Source: Mobula birostris
Taxonomy: Eukaryota
Direction: 5' to 3'
Length of the DNA stretch: 64,000 bases
NCBI RefSeq assembly: GCF_030028105.1
Contig: NC_092379.1
Coordinates: 25,041,821 to 25,105,820, forward strand
Shown one piece after another: positions 37,354-51,231 of this stretch. Within the stretch, counting starts at the first letter, position 1; each line of letters starts with the position of its first letter. The notes beneath the pieces are model-generated. The model made no database searches, was not told the DNA's origin, and saw only the letters and a program-made list of their open reading frames with translations. The position numbers were made by a program, and so were the translations under genes.

Positions 37354-37620
37354 ACTTTTGCCAATCAATATTCCAGCTCTTTGCTTCTTACCTCCTCCTC
37401 TTGTATTCTATGATTTCGGATCTCCCTCTCACCCACTCACTTTCAAATGTCTTACTGTATTTTCTTTCAGTTAGTCCTGACGAAGGGTCTCGGTCTTAAA
37501 CGTCGTTTGTACTTATTCCTATAGATGCTGCCTGTCCTGCTGCGTTCCGCCGGCATATTGCTTGTGTCGCTTGAATTTCCAGCATTTTCAGATGTTCTCG
37601 TATTTGCGTTAAACTGCTGC
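37354..37620 (+). mobile_element. Penelope-like pLTR fragment, right part
   Basis: Inverted homology to 28905-29130 (…cagttagtcctgacgaagggtctcgg…atagatgctgcctgtcctgctgcgttcc…). Confidence 0.7.
37472..37509 (+). ncRNA. Decayed minimal type-I hammerhead ribozyme motif
   Basis: UAGUC-CUGACGA-A-GGG UCUCGG UCU-UAAA-CGUC-GUUUG: CUGANGA intact, GAAA>UAAA, stems partly eroded. Confidence 0.55.
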
Positions 37621-39940
37621 AGGTTAGTGCTGCATGCATCTCTTCTGAATATTTTACACTGATCATCTTGACTTTGTCGGTCTGTTTTCAGTATGTTTGT
37701 GTGTTTACCACCTGGTCCTGTATTGCCACGAAAAAGCATTCTGTTTCTGGGAAGTGTATTCGACCTCTGAGCCAGATAATGCTGAAACGTTGAAAGACGC
37801 TTGTAGGACGCTAGTCAGGCTGCTCTAGGGATATTATACACAGTTTCTGTCCCATTTCTCAGAAAGGACGTGTTGCCATTTCAGAGAGTCCAGAGAAGTT
37901 TCACGAGGGTAAATCCGGCAATACAGATGTTAACATGGAGGAGCGTTTGGCAGCTTTTAGCCCGTACGCAATGATATTTTGAAGATTGCGTCGGAATCCC
38001 ATTGAAACCTATCGAATGTTGAAAAGGAATATATAGGGTCAATGTGGAGACGATTTTTCCTATGGTGGGGGTATTTGGAACTCGGGAGCACATCCTTAAA
38101 AATTCACTGCGTGACCTTTAAGAAAGGTTGTTACGTGGATTTTTTTTTTTCTTTTTAGAAAGGTTGTAGTTAATCTGTGGAATGCTCTGCCACAAACTGC
38201 GGTCGAGGCCAAGATTATGGATATATTGAAGGCGCACGTTGATATTTTCCAAATCGGTCAGGTAATCAGTGCATATGGCCTGAGAGAAACAGTTCTGGGT
38301 TGACTGGTATCCCGGAACAGGCAGGATTGAATGGCGGAGCAGGAACGATCGGCGGATTGATCCATTTCCGATCCAACATCTTTTGGTCTTATGGTGTTAA
38401 CGCATGTGCAAGTTATGGTTATGCGAACTACGGATACCTGTTTGCATCTAGAGAGAAAAAAAACGTGTAGAAATTATGTTGAGATTATGTTAATATGAAA
38501 TAGAGCGTACCTAATGACAACCGAACCCCAATCGTTCTCTACATTCAAAAGTTTGTAATTTGGCATGCTCCACTTAGAAAGAGTACATCATGAGATAATA
38601 CTGATCAATTCACAAAAAGACTGCAACTGTTTCATTTTTTTCCCAAATATCTTGGCAGGTTATTTGAGAGCTTGAGGATGCTCGTTCCTGAAATTCCATG
38701 GAGGCATGGTATAAATGGCAGTGCATTTTTTTTTTTAATCTTTTTGGCTGCTAATGCACGACCGCATCTTTGGAAAACCTGACACAGGGCTTCCCCATGT
38801 ATTGTGCTAAATAATTCAGAGCTCTCAGATCAAATGAAATGTCCTTAAATTAAGTGTAAGGGGTTTTTGTTTTTTTTATGTTACTGCGTAAGTTAAACAG
38901 TGTCTTATTTGTCATGCTAATCTTTTATATTACTGTGTATGTTAAGCAAAATGGCTTCTTGGTTATGGTAAGTGCTGAGCGGGTTCTCTCGCTGCAGTCG
39001 GTTTGGGTTATTTTATTGATAAGAGTGTAAATGGACCAATGGGTGTCCATGTTATTCTTTCTTTGGTTGATATGATGTCTCATATGGCTGGGAAACGGGG
39101 ATTTTAGCGGTGAGTTGGAGGAGAGACCGGGAAGACGACGGACGTGCTGGAGGTGCTCTGGTCGATGACTTAGTGTGGTCCCGAGCTGTGAGTCGAGGGG
39201 GTCAGAATGGATCAGAGGGTAAAGAAAGAACGTCCCGAGCTCCAACTGTGTGCATGATGAAAATGAACTTTGATAAGTCTGGCGCCTTTTTCATTCCCTT
39301 TTGTATTGTACCTCTAATAATCTGATAGACCTAATAAGATGTATAAAGTGCAATGTTTAAAAAGTACTTTGCGTGCTGGCTGATAATTGATCTCTGAGGC
39401 CGAATCAGGTTGCATTGTACAGCAAACGACGTAACCAGGAGACAAGGTTGGGCGGCGGACGAGGTTTCCCCAAGATAAACACGAGCCAATATAGCTGAGC
39501 GTTACATAAACACATGGCACAAAATGATGATCACAACTTTGCGGTTCGGAAATAATAAAATGATTGATATTTTGCCGTTTGCTACCTGCTACACATAAAA
39601 TATAAAACAAAGAATATAAGCGGGAAAACACATTGTGGACCCATCATCACATGTTGCTAATTTAGAACAACTAATCTCCTTATCCGAACATTTCATCATA
39701 CAAAGACAATAAATCTTAATTTAATGTCGACAATAAATCCATATAACAGTATTTTTTAAAATATTCTCACGAATTTTCTGCCGTCCCGGCATAGATTTCC
39801 AGTCACCCTCAACTCTCTATATATAAACACTATTTCTGTTATCTGCGATCAAATTCCCATCCGGTCATCATATACGTATCATGGCTTCTCTGTAATGTTA
39901 ACTGACAAGACTATTGAAATTGCTTTTCTGTAATTTTAAC

Positions 39941-40480
39941 TGTTGTGGCAATGTTCTCTCTTTAGCTGCGATGTTTGGGTTACGACTAGAGATAACGGGA
40001 CTTCGGTTATATAGGAGTATTCACTGGGAAAAATGTTATTCTTTATTGTGTGTCTGGGAACCCGTGTTTATCGCCGGTTGTTCGGTCGATGGGAGTGCAG
40101 AGGAAGGACGCGTGTGGAGAGCGCTGGTAGACCACCGGACGGTGTATACTGTAATCAGAGGGTCCGAGAGTCGGCGACGTTTCAGCTCAGGTCGCTGCGT
40201 GAGCTTTACCGTAATTTGAGACTTTAACTGTGGGCCCTTTTATATTTGTTTATTTTTCACACTAACTCTATATTCGAATTAAGATGCATAAAGTTTATCA
40301 TTTGATTGTGTATGGCGTACTGTCTGATAATTTGCTTTGTAGGTTTGTGATGGAAATGCATTACACAGCATCCACCCAAACTTGAATACCCTGTTTGGCG
40401 GTGCCGAAAGCTCATTTCCCTAGACGAACGTGAGCGGCAAGCCTGGTAGGGTCACGTATGGAAGAATTCTGGTGTTTGTC
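39941..40480 (+). mobile_element. Possible solo LTR-like repeat
   Basis: Starts TGTTGTGGCAA; non-coding, with promoter-like and T-rich portions; 3' end and TSD not resolved. Confidence 0.3.
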
Positions 40481-43399
40481 ATTACCGCCCTAGGAAGGAA
40501 AAACAGACTATCCATGAATCTCATAATGTCAGCCAACGTTTCTCCGAAAGGAAAAGCTCTAGTTTGATCAAAAATTTCCATTAATGCATTATCCGTAACA
40601 TGAGGACTCATGTTAAATCTTCTGACCTCTTCGACATATTCTGAGGCGGACAGAAATTAGCACGATTCCCTTGGTGTTGGCACACCGGATCTTTGCAGAG
40701 GTATACAATTATCTAGCGGCTTTTCAATTTAATATCCAGTCCAATGAAGGACAGTACACCGTATTATTTATTCAATATATTTTCATAGCAGCAATGATTA
40801 ATCTAATCCAGCTAATAGATCCAACTAATACTGTACATAAGAACATCCACCTTATGAACGCCACGAGGTTGGATTTATCTGCTGCCGAGGACCCAAGTTG
40901 TTACAGACTGCATATGGCTGTGAATTATTTAAGCAGCAAAATCCTATAGAACAGCACATCTGTGGTTAGGAAGTATATCACCATTTACGACCTCCCTATC
41001 CTCCAATAGGTTGAAAAAAATGAACTCAACGCAAATCAGTATTATATTCAAACATCAACAGCTCTCAAAAGTTCAGAATGTCTATACAAAACTCACTTGC
41101 TAATCTTTTGAACCCTCAATATTTATTGAGTATCTCATATTATTATTTTTTTCTTGTATGTGAGGATGTCCATTGAACTAATAAAACATATAGTATATTA
41201 AAGTCTGTTTCAGAGATATAAAAATGAACTCACCTTTAGAGCATCGGAGAAGAATTGGTACTTTGACCTCTCGACATTGTCTCGGCCACTCGAACATAGT
41301 GTATTTATTGTAAAATTTCAACGTTATTCTCCTAGCTTCTCCCACGTGTACTGTGACAGACCTAAGTCAGAAAACATTTACCTCTGCTTGAAATGAGTTT
41401 CACTTTATCTACGAGATTCCTTTTTTTTTTTTTCTGAAGTTGTGTACCTCTGATTCTGCCATTTCCCACTGCTGCAATTATCATCCATACAGCTCAGTTT
41501 TCCAAATTTTCTCCCAATTGAGAGTATGTTCAACGACTTTGTTCAGGCGCTCCAATGACATGATTATGTCATCCGACTGCCTGTTAGATCTGCCAGTTAT
41601 TTGCCCATTTTCGTAACTTGTCCTGCCTCTTGTGGATGCTTTCTGCTCAGTACTTCTTCAACAGTACCTAGCAGCTCATACACATCCTCTGCAAAAAAAA
41701 AAAAAAAAAAAATCCATCTATTTTGTTGTGTATGACGTGAACAGCAGTGAGTGCAACAGCGACCGTTGATTAACGCCTCCAGTCACACAGAAATCTAGAG
41801 AAACTCCAGCCTTTTCTTTTGCCAGCTGAATATCCTTTATGCATGCCAGGACCTTTTCTATAGTACAGAAGGCTCCATGTGCACCCCCCTGCTGAAGGCC
41901 ACTGATTCTCCTTTGTCTCTGCTACGTGTTAATTACCTAAACGTTGCTGCTCTACCGTCATCTCCTTATAAGGAAACTTGGCATGAACTCACTCACGCAT
42001 TTGCAATTAGATTTACTGATAGCGATACATCAATATCAGGTTGCCCCTCTTAAACTGCTGTTTGAATGTTATGATATCGTCATCGCTGCCAGCCAATGGT
42101 TTATTTGCCTTAAGGATCTTTATCATTTCTAGCTCATTCCACAAAACCAAATCCAGGGTTTCCTTTTATTCCGAACCGTCGCTACCTCATTGAATGTAAT
42201 TAACATTAGGAAAATGTTTCTAGTTAGCGTCAATTGACTGCTATACTTCTCTCATATGATGAACACTAATTCATGTAGGTTAATATACCTGATGTTCCTT
42301 CTTCAAATCTTGTTGATTTCGAAACACCAAACCGAGATGGAAGAAATTCTGCCTGCCCTGGAAATCTTGCGTCATGCATACACAAACTGCTCCGGAAAAC
42401 AGCGGCAAGTCTGATGGAGAATTGAGTTTCTTAAAACGATCATGATTCCTGCAGTGAAACGTGGAAATTCTGTTTTTTTTTTTAATGTATTATGCCCTTG
42501 ACAGCATTCCTATCCCATTTTAGGTGCCAAAGAAATTTAGGGGGTATACTGAAAGCAAAGCTCATGCATGCATCCTGTCCTTAAGGCGCTTGGTTGTTCA
42601 CCAGACGTGAGGCGTTTTGATTTGATCAGAACAGGGGAAGTGTACAGAAGTTTCATCTCAATGTAAAGATACCAAGACGGCAGGTCTCAGGCTGACTGGG
42701 TGAAAACGCAGAAGTACAAGGAGGTATTACTTATATGAGTTTGGATACTTTTTTAGCAATATTAATTCCAGTATTCAAAGGAACTCGAACTTCTTTCGAT
42801 TTCCGTTACTAAGCGAGGAACTTCGTCACAAAGTTAACTCCGAGCTGGTGTCGGGATATTTTAGGTACCACTGTTAATCATGTCGTATCACTGTATTGAA
42901 TAATGACAATGATGAAAGGAAACTATCACCACTGAGAGGTGTAATGCAAACTTGCGAATATTTCAAACTTTTCTTGTTAATTCTTTACTTATTTAGATAG
43001 AAATAAAAGGTGAATCAGGCCATTCCTGCCCTACGTACCGCACTGTTCAACAGTTCACCATTACACATTAAACACTGGAGCAGAGTTAGGCCATTCAGCC
43101 CATCGAGTCTGCTCCGTCAACCAATTATGGTTGATTCACCCATCCCACAAAACTCCATACACTTCCCAACTTTTCTGTTTTCAATAGTCGCCCCTCAAGT
43201 TTCGTTCTGAATACCGTTATTTTAGGAAACATTATCCCCATATCCACACTCTCCAGTCCTTTTAACATTCTTAAGGTTCCAATGAGCTTCCCCTGATTCT
43301 TCGAATTTGTAGTGAGCATATTTCCAAAGTTGCTCAACGCTTCTGTGACAGGGTCCTGAATTACTACTATGAACTGTGCTCGATTAAAGATAGAGTGAG

Positions 43400-44330
43400 A
43401 AAAAGAGGTATTTAAGACCGACATGTGTTTTTTTTTGAAAAAAGAGCTAGAGAGAAAGAGAGATGGAAACGAAGACTAACTTTTGGACTGTCACTTTAAA
43501 GCACGAGAAGGAACTGACTAACTGTTGGATTTCTGCTGAATTCAGAGCTCGTAAGTCGCTATGGTGACCGAGGGCGGCCTTGTTTAATGGGCAATCAATG
43601 TTATGATTTTTCGGCAGCGTGTTTATACTTCTCAAGGGCATTTGCCTGCTAGTGCATTTCTTACACAGACAAAGGAAGGAAGAGTTATTTGAAGGACAGT
43701 TAGTACTCAGTACGGTAAGATAAATAAGAGGTCCGATGATATAGACCTCAGACACATGTTTTGGACACTGAATGAGCTTTGTTGTGCCCACAGGAAACGT
43801 GTTTTTTTGGAGGATCGATCAGGTAAATCGATCAGTAGCTCTTGCAGTGAGAAAAAGAGTTGACTGATGGGGACTTGTCCATGTGTCCACGCTTGTGTGG
43901 GTTGATATCTCAACCACAGGAAACTGGTCCCCTTTGTTTTGGTCACAGTCGGTGACTTTTAAAGGATTTCGGAGGACAACGACAAGATCGACGGCGTCAG
44001 CTCAACTGTCGTCTCAAACCTCTCCCCCCTCTCTCTCTCTCTCCATCACTACTCAACTTAGTACCACGAACTGAACTCAACTGAACTTTACTCACCATCG
44101 CAAGCCTGTACCTTTTTAGCCCTAGACTGGGAGAAGCTTGTTTTTTCACATATATTTCCACATTTTCTGATTTACTTACTTATATATACTTATTGCTAAT
44201 CTGTTTGATTTATCCATATTTATAATACTGTATTGTGTAGTTACTAATAAATATTATCAGTTAATAGCAATACTGGACTCCAAAGTGTTTTCCATCTCTG
44301 CTGGCCCTTTATTCCCGTCACGGGACTATG
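43400..44330 (+). mobile_element. Possible LTR-like repeat
   Basis: Non-coding with (CT)n, gaactgaact repeats and aataaa-like region; resembles LTR architecture; termini not resolved. Confidence 0.35.
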
Positions 44331-44689
44331 TTCATTCGTGAAGCTTCTCTGGCTCTCTCCAACAAGGGAACATTTATTTTTCTGAAATATGCGGCCCAAA
44401 ACTGTTGATAATACTCTATTTCTGGGCTGTTGGTTAGTATAAGTTTTCAGAGCCTTACCAGTACTCCTTCAGGACCTTTCACCAGCGGGGTATCATCCTC
44501 TTTTGAAGACGGCACAGCAGCCGCCTCTGAGCCAGAGATCAGCAGTTTGAAAGGTGCATTTGAAAGGTGCATGACTGCTCAAGCGCGTGGAGCTGAGAAC
44601 AGTGGCAAGAAGGTTTAAAAACGAGCAAGTTCATAACGCGATGGTTATTTTTTCAGCAGTTTGAACGGGGCACGAATGCGCAAGCGCAT

Positions 44690-47600
44690 GGAGGTCGCTC
44701 AGTGATAACAGCGGGAGTATTTAACAAGCAGACATCTTTACAGAGCGGGCGCCAGAGTAGTGGGAGAGAAAAAAAAAAAAAAAAAAAACGAATGTTTCGG
44801 CTCAACGGGGCTTCAGTGATATCGAGTCGAGGCGATGTAGGTTAGCTATTTGGAATACAGACAGAAAGAAAGTGTTGAGGCCGGTTTTCAGTGCTCAGTG
44901 TCAGATGTGGGAGGTCTGGAGATTGTAGCGTCCCGGATGGCCAGATCTGCACCAGGTGCGTCGAATTTCAGCTCCTTACGGACCGCGTTAGGAAACTGGA
45001 GTTGCAGTTCGATGAACTTCGTTTGCTCATCGAGAGTGAGGAGATAATAGACAGGACCTAAAGCAAATAGTTACTGCGGGGCCTGGAGAGACAGATAAGT
45101 GGGTAACAGTCAGGAGGCGGACGGACAATCAGCAGGTGTTGGGTAGCAATCCAGTGGCTGTTCCCCTTAACAATAAGTATTCCTACTTGAGTACTGTTGG
45201 AGGGGACGTTCTACCTGGGGGAAGCAACAGTGATAACGCCTCTGGCAGAGATTCTGGCCCTGTGGTTCAGAAGTGTAGGGAAAGGAAAAGGATAGCAGCA
45301 GTAATAGAGGACTCTATAGTTAGCAGGTCAGACCGGCGATTCTGTGGATGCAGCAAAGAAATGCGGCTGGTCGTTTGCCTCCCTGATGCCAGGGTCCAAA
45401 CGTTTCTGATCGCTTCCACGATATCTTGAAGTGGAACGGAGAACAGCTAGGGCCATGGTCCATACTAGTACCAACGGCACAGGTAGGAAAACGGAGGAGG
45501 TCCGGAAAACAGACTACAGGGAGTTTGGAAGGAAGTTAAGAAGCAGGACCTCAAAGGTAGTAATATCCAGATTACTGCCTGTGCCACGTGACAGTAGGTA
45601 ATGGAATAGTATGAGGTGGAGGATAAATACATGGCTGAGGGATTGCAGCAGGGGGCAAGATTTCAGATTTCTGGGTCATTGGGACCACTTTTGGGGCCGG
45701 TGTGATCTGTACAAAAATGGCGGGTTGCGCTTTCATCTGAGGGGAACCAGTATCCTGGCGGTGAGGTTTGCGATCCCTATTTAAAACTAAGAGTTAAAAC
45801 TAAGTTCAAACTAAGATTACAGCGGGGTGGGAAACGAAGTAAAGTGAAAAGGAAAGGGAGTTTAGCTCACAAATAGAGAAAGCTTGGTGACTGTACGAAA
45901 GGGAGGGTAGGCAGGTGATTCAGAAAGAAAGCACTCAGTCTGATGGTTTGAGAGTTGGCTATTTTAATGTGAGGAGAATTATGAATAACGGGGATGAGTT
46001 TAGAGCGTGGAGCAGCATTTAGAGGTATAATGTTGTGCCCTTTACAGAAAATTGGATGGTACAGGGGCAGGAATGACTACATCAAGTGCCAGGCTTTAGA
46101 TGTTTCAGAAAAGATAAGGAGGGAGGCAAAGGAGGTTGGGGCGTAGCACTGTTGATCAGAGATAGAACCATGCTGCAGGAAAAAAAAAACGAGGAAATTA
46201 TGGAGAGGTTGACTACGGAGTCACTGTGGGGAGAGTTAGGAATAGGAAGGGGTCAGTAGCTATACTGCGTGTATTTTATGGACCATCCAAGAGTGAGGGG
46301 CTTTGATGGGCTGCAGTTTGTTAAGTGTATTCAGGAAGGTTTCTTGTTATAAAATGTTGATAACCCTACAAGGGGAGAGGCTGTACTTGATCTGCTGTTG
46401 GGTAATGTACCTGGTCAGGTTTCCGGTCTCACAGTGGGAGAGCATTTTGAATATTGTCAACACAATTCTGTCTCCTTTACCATAACATTGGAGAGGTATC
46501 TGAACAGACAATTTGGGTAAGTGTTAGTTGGAGTAAGGAGAAATATGAGGCTATCAGTCAGAAACTCGGAAGCATAAATTGGAAACAGTTGTTCTCACGG
46601 AAACGTACAGAAGATATGTGGCAAAGGGTGAAGTGGATATTTGTGTGGTGTTCTAAATAGATCTGTTGCAAGGAGACGGGAAAGGGTGGTAGAGGGCACG
46701 AACCGTGGTGTACAAAGGCTATTGGAAATCTAGTCAAGAGAGAACGCAGAGATTACGCAAGGTTCAAAAGAGTAGGTAATGATAGAGGACCAGAAGGTTA
46801 TAAGGCTAGCACGATGGAACTTGTGAATGAAATTAGGACAGCGAGAAGGGGCCATGAGAAAGGCTTTGGCGTACAGCATTACGAAAATTCTAAGTATATG
46901 ACGAGTAAAAGAATAAGGCGTGACAGAATTGAACCAATCAAATGTGACAGTAGAAAAATACTTATGGAACAGGAAGAGATGGTAAAGGTACCTAATGAAT
47001 ACTTTGCTTCATTATTTACTACAGAAATGGATGCTGGCGACCAGAAAGGATATGCCCCAAACTACTGTGTGAAGCGGAAGAGGAGATTGCTGAGACTCTA
47101 ACGATGATCTTTACATCATCAATGAGGAAGGGAGAGTTTCCGGAGGTTTGCAGGGTTGCGAATGCTGTTCCCTTATTCAAGAAAGGGGAAGGGCTACCCC
47201 AAAAATTACAGACAAATGAGTCATAATTCAATGCTTGGTAAGTTGATGGAGAAGATCGGGGGAGGAGAGATTTATGAACATATGGAGAGGCATAATATGA
47301 TTTGGAATAGTCAGCATGGCTTTGTCAAAGGCAGGTCGTGCCTTACGAGCTTGATTGAATTTTTTCAGATGTGACTAAACGGATTGATGAAGGTAGAGCC
47401 GTAGATGTAGTGTGTATGGATTTGAGCAAGACATTTGATAAGGTACCCCATGCAAGGCTTATTGAGAAAGTAAGGAGGCATGGGATCCAAGGGGATATTG
47501 CTTTGTGGATCCAGAACTAGCTTGCCCACAGAAGGCAAAGTGTGGCTGTAGATGGGTTATACTCTGCATGGAGGCCAGTGACCAGCCACGTGTCTTAGGG

Positions 47601-48577
47601 ATCTGTTCTGCGACCCCTACTCTGTGTATTTTTTTTTTTTTTATAAATGGCCTGAATGAGGAAGCGGAGAGATTGGTTAGTAACTTTTCTAATTACACAA
47701 AGTGTTGAGGTGTTGTGGACAGTGTGGAGGGCTGTCAGAGGTTACAGCGGGTCATTCATTGGATGGAAAACTTGGCTGATAAGTGGCAGATGGGGTTCAG
47801 CCCAGATAAGTGTGAGGTGGTTCATTTTGGTACGTCATATGTGATGGCAGAATATGGCATTAATGGCAAGAATCTTGGCAATGTGGAGGATCAGAGGGTT
47901 CCTGGGGTCCGAGTCCATATGACACTCAAAGCTCGTACGTAGGTTGACTCTGTGGTTAATAAGGCATACGATGCATTGGTCTTCATCCATCGTGGGATTG
48001 AATTTAAGAGACGAGAAGTAATGTTGCATCTATGTAGGGCCCTGGTCAGACTCCACTTGGAGTTTTTGGAGTACTGTGCACAATACTTTTTGCTTCACTA
48101 CAGGAAGGACATGGAAACCATAGAACGGGCGCAGAGCAGATTTACTAGGATATTGCCTGGTTGAGGGAACTCTGCCTTTACTCCTTGGTGCATTAAAGTA
48201 TGTCAAGTGACCTTATAGAAGTATACAAGCTAATGAAAGGCATTGATCGTGTGGATAGTCAGAGGCTTATCCCTAGGACTGAAATGGCTAGCACGAAAGG
48301 GCATAGATTTAAGGTGCTTGTAATTAGTTACAGAAGAGATGCCAGGGTTAAGTTTATTATGCTTACAGTAGTGAGTACGTGGAATGGACTGGCAGCGGTC
48401 CTGGTGGTGAAAACGATAGGGTCTTTTAAAAGATTCCGTGATGGATACTTGGAGCGGAACAAGTAGAGAGTTGTGATTAAGCCTTGGTATTTCTAAGTTA
48501 AGGACATGTTCGGCACCGCTTTTCGGGCCGAAGGAGCTGCATTTTGCTGTAGGTTCTCTATGTTTCTATATTTCTAT
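44690..48577 (+). mobile_element. Near full-length decayed CR1 LINE (ORF1 zinc-finger/coiled-coil/SGNH esterase + ORF2 EN-RT)
   Basis: ORF 45136-45429 AAVIEDSIVSRSDRRFCG..VVCLPDARV resembles the CR1 ORF1 esterase GDS motif; ORF 47156-47374 SQHGFVKGRSCLTSLIEFF; (tttctat) tail ending at 48577. Confidence 0.88.
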
Positions 48578-49790
48578 CACAGGGATACCCCGTGCAGCAG
48601 GGATCTTCACAGCTGCAGCTATACTCCCCCTTTCAACACGGACATATATGACGTAGTATTCATCTGCTATTGAAGCCTCGCTGCCATTCATGCTGTTGGA
48701 TTTCGGTTCACAAGACATAATATCTTGCAAACATTGCCAGAGTCGTCTTACATACAAAGTCACCTCCAACCTCGGTCGAAATTGTCTCTTCGCCCCTGAA
48801 ATAGCCCTCCACATGTCATACCTAGTTTCCTTGTGCAGGCCTGGGTAGCCAGACTTGAATGCCACAGACCCAGCCTTCAAAGCAGGCGACGTAGCCCTGG
48901 CTCGTGCGCAGTGCATAGTTTGGGAAGGTATAGCAAGTATTTGTAGGCACACACCTATCCATGCAGCTTTGAATGAAGCCGGTAACAACTGCAGTATACA
49001 CAGGTAGATTCGAAGATGAGTCCCTGTAAATGGTTCAGACGACCTTGTCAAAGCAGCCCTGTCAGTGCTTCTCTGCTTCCCCTGTCCATACCTACTTGTT
49101 TCTCACTTGTGTCGCTGCCTGTACTCAGGAACTAGAAGTACAGCCAGGTGATTAGAATTCCCAAAGTAAGCACGAGTAATAGCACGGTACTTATCCCTAA
49201 TGGTGGTATACCAATTGTCGAGTGTGTTCTTTCAACGAGTATTGCAAGTGATCTGTTGATGCCAATACTTCAGTGATTTTGTCTGACTGGCCTGGTTAAA
49301 ATACCACAGAATAATGGTAAAGACGTCAGGCTGCGCTGTTTTGTGCAGGTTCATCGCATTGCTAATAGCCGTTAAAGCGTCTTTGACACTGGCCTGAAGT
49401 AGAATTAATACGTTATCAAAACGATCACAAAAATCTCCCGTGGTAGGTAAGATGGCCGGCTCCTAACTCAAAGATATTTCGGGTCCGGTGAGCAGCATTG
49501 GGGCAACACTGATGTATCTGCGCAGCAAAAAGAGTGAATCATGATGCATACACCTCCGCTTCTATCTTTGAGACTTTCTATAGATCTATCCTGCCGATGT
49601 ATAGTAATCCGGACGATATGAATCGCGTTATCCAATACGGAAGGGGTTAACCAGGATTCCGTGAAACAAAGGACACTCACAGGCCTAATGTCCCACTGAT
49701 ACAGCACCCTGGCTTTGCGATAATTGATTCTATTCACCAGAGACTGCACGTTCGCCAGCAAGATGGTCGGTACAGGGAGTTTAACCCTCC
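48578..49790 (-). mobile_element. Rex1/Babar LINE endonuclease-region fragment
   Basis: ORF 49468-49761 LANVQSLVNRI..RARVLYQWDIRPVSVLCFTESWL matches the Rex1 EN N-terminus; ORF 48566-49051 continues it. Confidence 0.82.
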
Positions 49791-51231
49791 CCCCCGCCCC
49801 CCCCTTTCTGTAAATTCACTTATAATCCTGATCTACACCTGCGTTTCCTCCGAGCTGTGCTCCATTATTTCCATCGGTTTTAATATCAGTTTTGTTCCTC
49901 AACACTCCTCCAAGATCAACCCGTTTATTCACCATAGACTTCAAGTTTTCTCGGAAGACAGTCGGTGTTGTGAGTTTAAAACCCTGTTTCATTTAACGCA
50001 CGTGTACCCCTGAACAGTGGGCACATTTCCAGGATGGAATACGGCAAAAGATAAATCCGCAATCGGCTTTATTTCCGTTAGTTTTAAGCAGCCATTATTT
50101 ATCTAATAGCATTAAGACATCTTTGTTGACTGCCCTGACCTTGGAAGCGGTTGTGACTTTCAGATGTGCCATGCTAAAACTAAAGTATTTATTCGTATCC
50201 ATGGGGAGATATGCTGCCACACCTGTCGCCAATGGAGGTGCCACGGAAGTTGATAGTAAATGCAGTGTCAAGTACGGGAAAAAAAAGAAAAAGAAAAGAG
50301 GGTTAAAACCGTTGGAAAAGTAATAATGGGGGACAAGAAGATGGCAGATTAACTAAATGAGTACTCTGCATCAGTCGTAATTGTGGCAGGCACTAGCAGC
50401 GTATTTGATGCTGAAGACTGTGATGGAAGGGAGAAGGTGCTCAAAAATCTGAAAGACCTAGGGGTATATAAATTAACCGAATTAGATGAATTGCAAACTA
50501 GGATTGTGAAAGAGGTCGCGCTAGAGATTGTGGAGCCTTTCGAAATAATCTTTCAAAAATCATTGGACTCCAGCATGGTTACAGAGGACCGGACAGAGGC
50601 TCATGTCACTGTTCTTTAAAAAAAAAACAACAACACGAGCAAGGCAGCAGTGAGGAAGTTATAGACCAGTTATCCCGACCTGAGGGGTTGATAGGATGTT
50701 GGATTCACAATTTAAGGATGAGATCATGAAGTACTTACTGTCACAGGAAAAAAAAAAGTAGTACAAAGCCAATAGGCTTTCATTAAGGGAAAATCTAGCC
50801 TGAAAAGACTTCTGAAATTATTTGAATAGATTACACACACGACAGTTACGAGGAAGCTACGGATGGTGTATATTTGGACTTTCAGAAGACCTTTGACAAG
50901 GTGCCACAGATGGACATACTTACCAAGTTAATAGCCCATAGTTTGACAAGAAAGTTCTGGCATGGTTAGAACATTATCAGACTAGTGGAACATAGGGGAT
51001 GGGAATGGAAATAATCATTTCTGATTAAATTAGTTCTGCAGGTGTCGGTGTTTGGACCACTTTCTTGGGTTGTATATTAATGATTTCAGTGATGGAATAT
51101 ATGGATTTGTTGCCAGCCTTGCAGATCATACGAAAATTGGTGGAGGGACATGTACTGTTTGGAAGCAGGTAGGCTGGAGACGGACTTAGACAGATTAGGA
51201 GAATTCACAAGGCAGTAGCAGATGAAATTTC

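Noticed and set aside
38862-38970. GGTTTTTGT, TACTGTG and a GTAAGT donor close together; YYCV
   Set aside because: Spacing does not fit an RSS, there is no FGxG, and the frame stops immediately.
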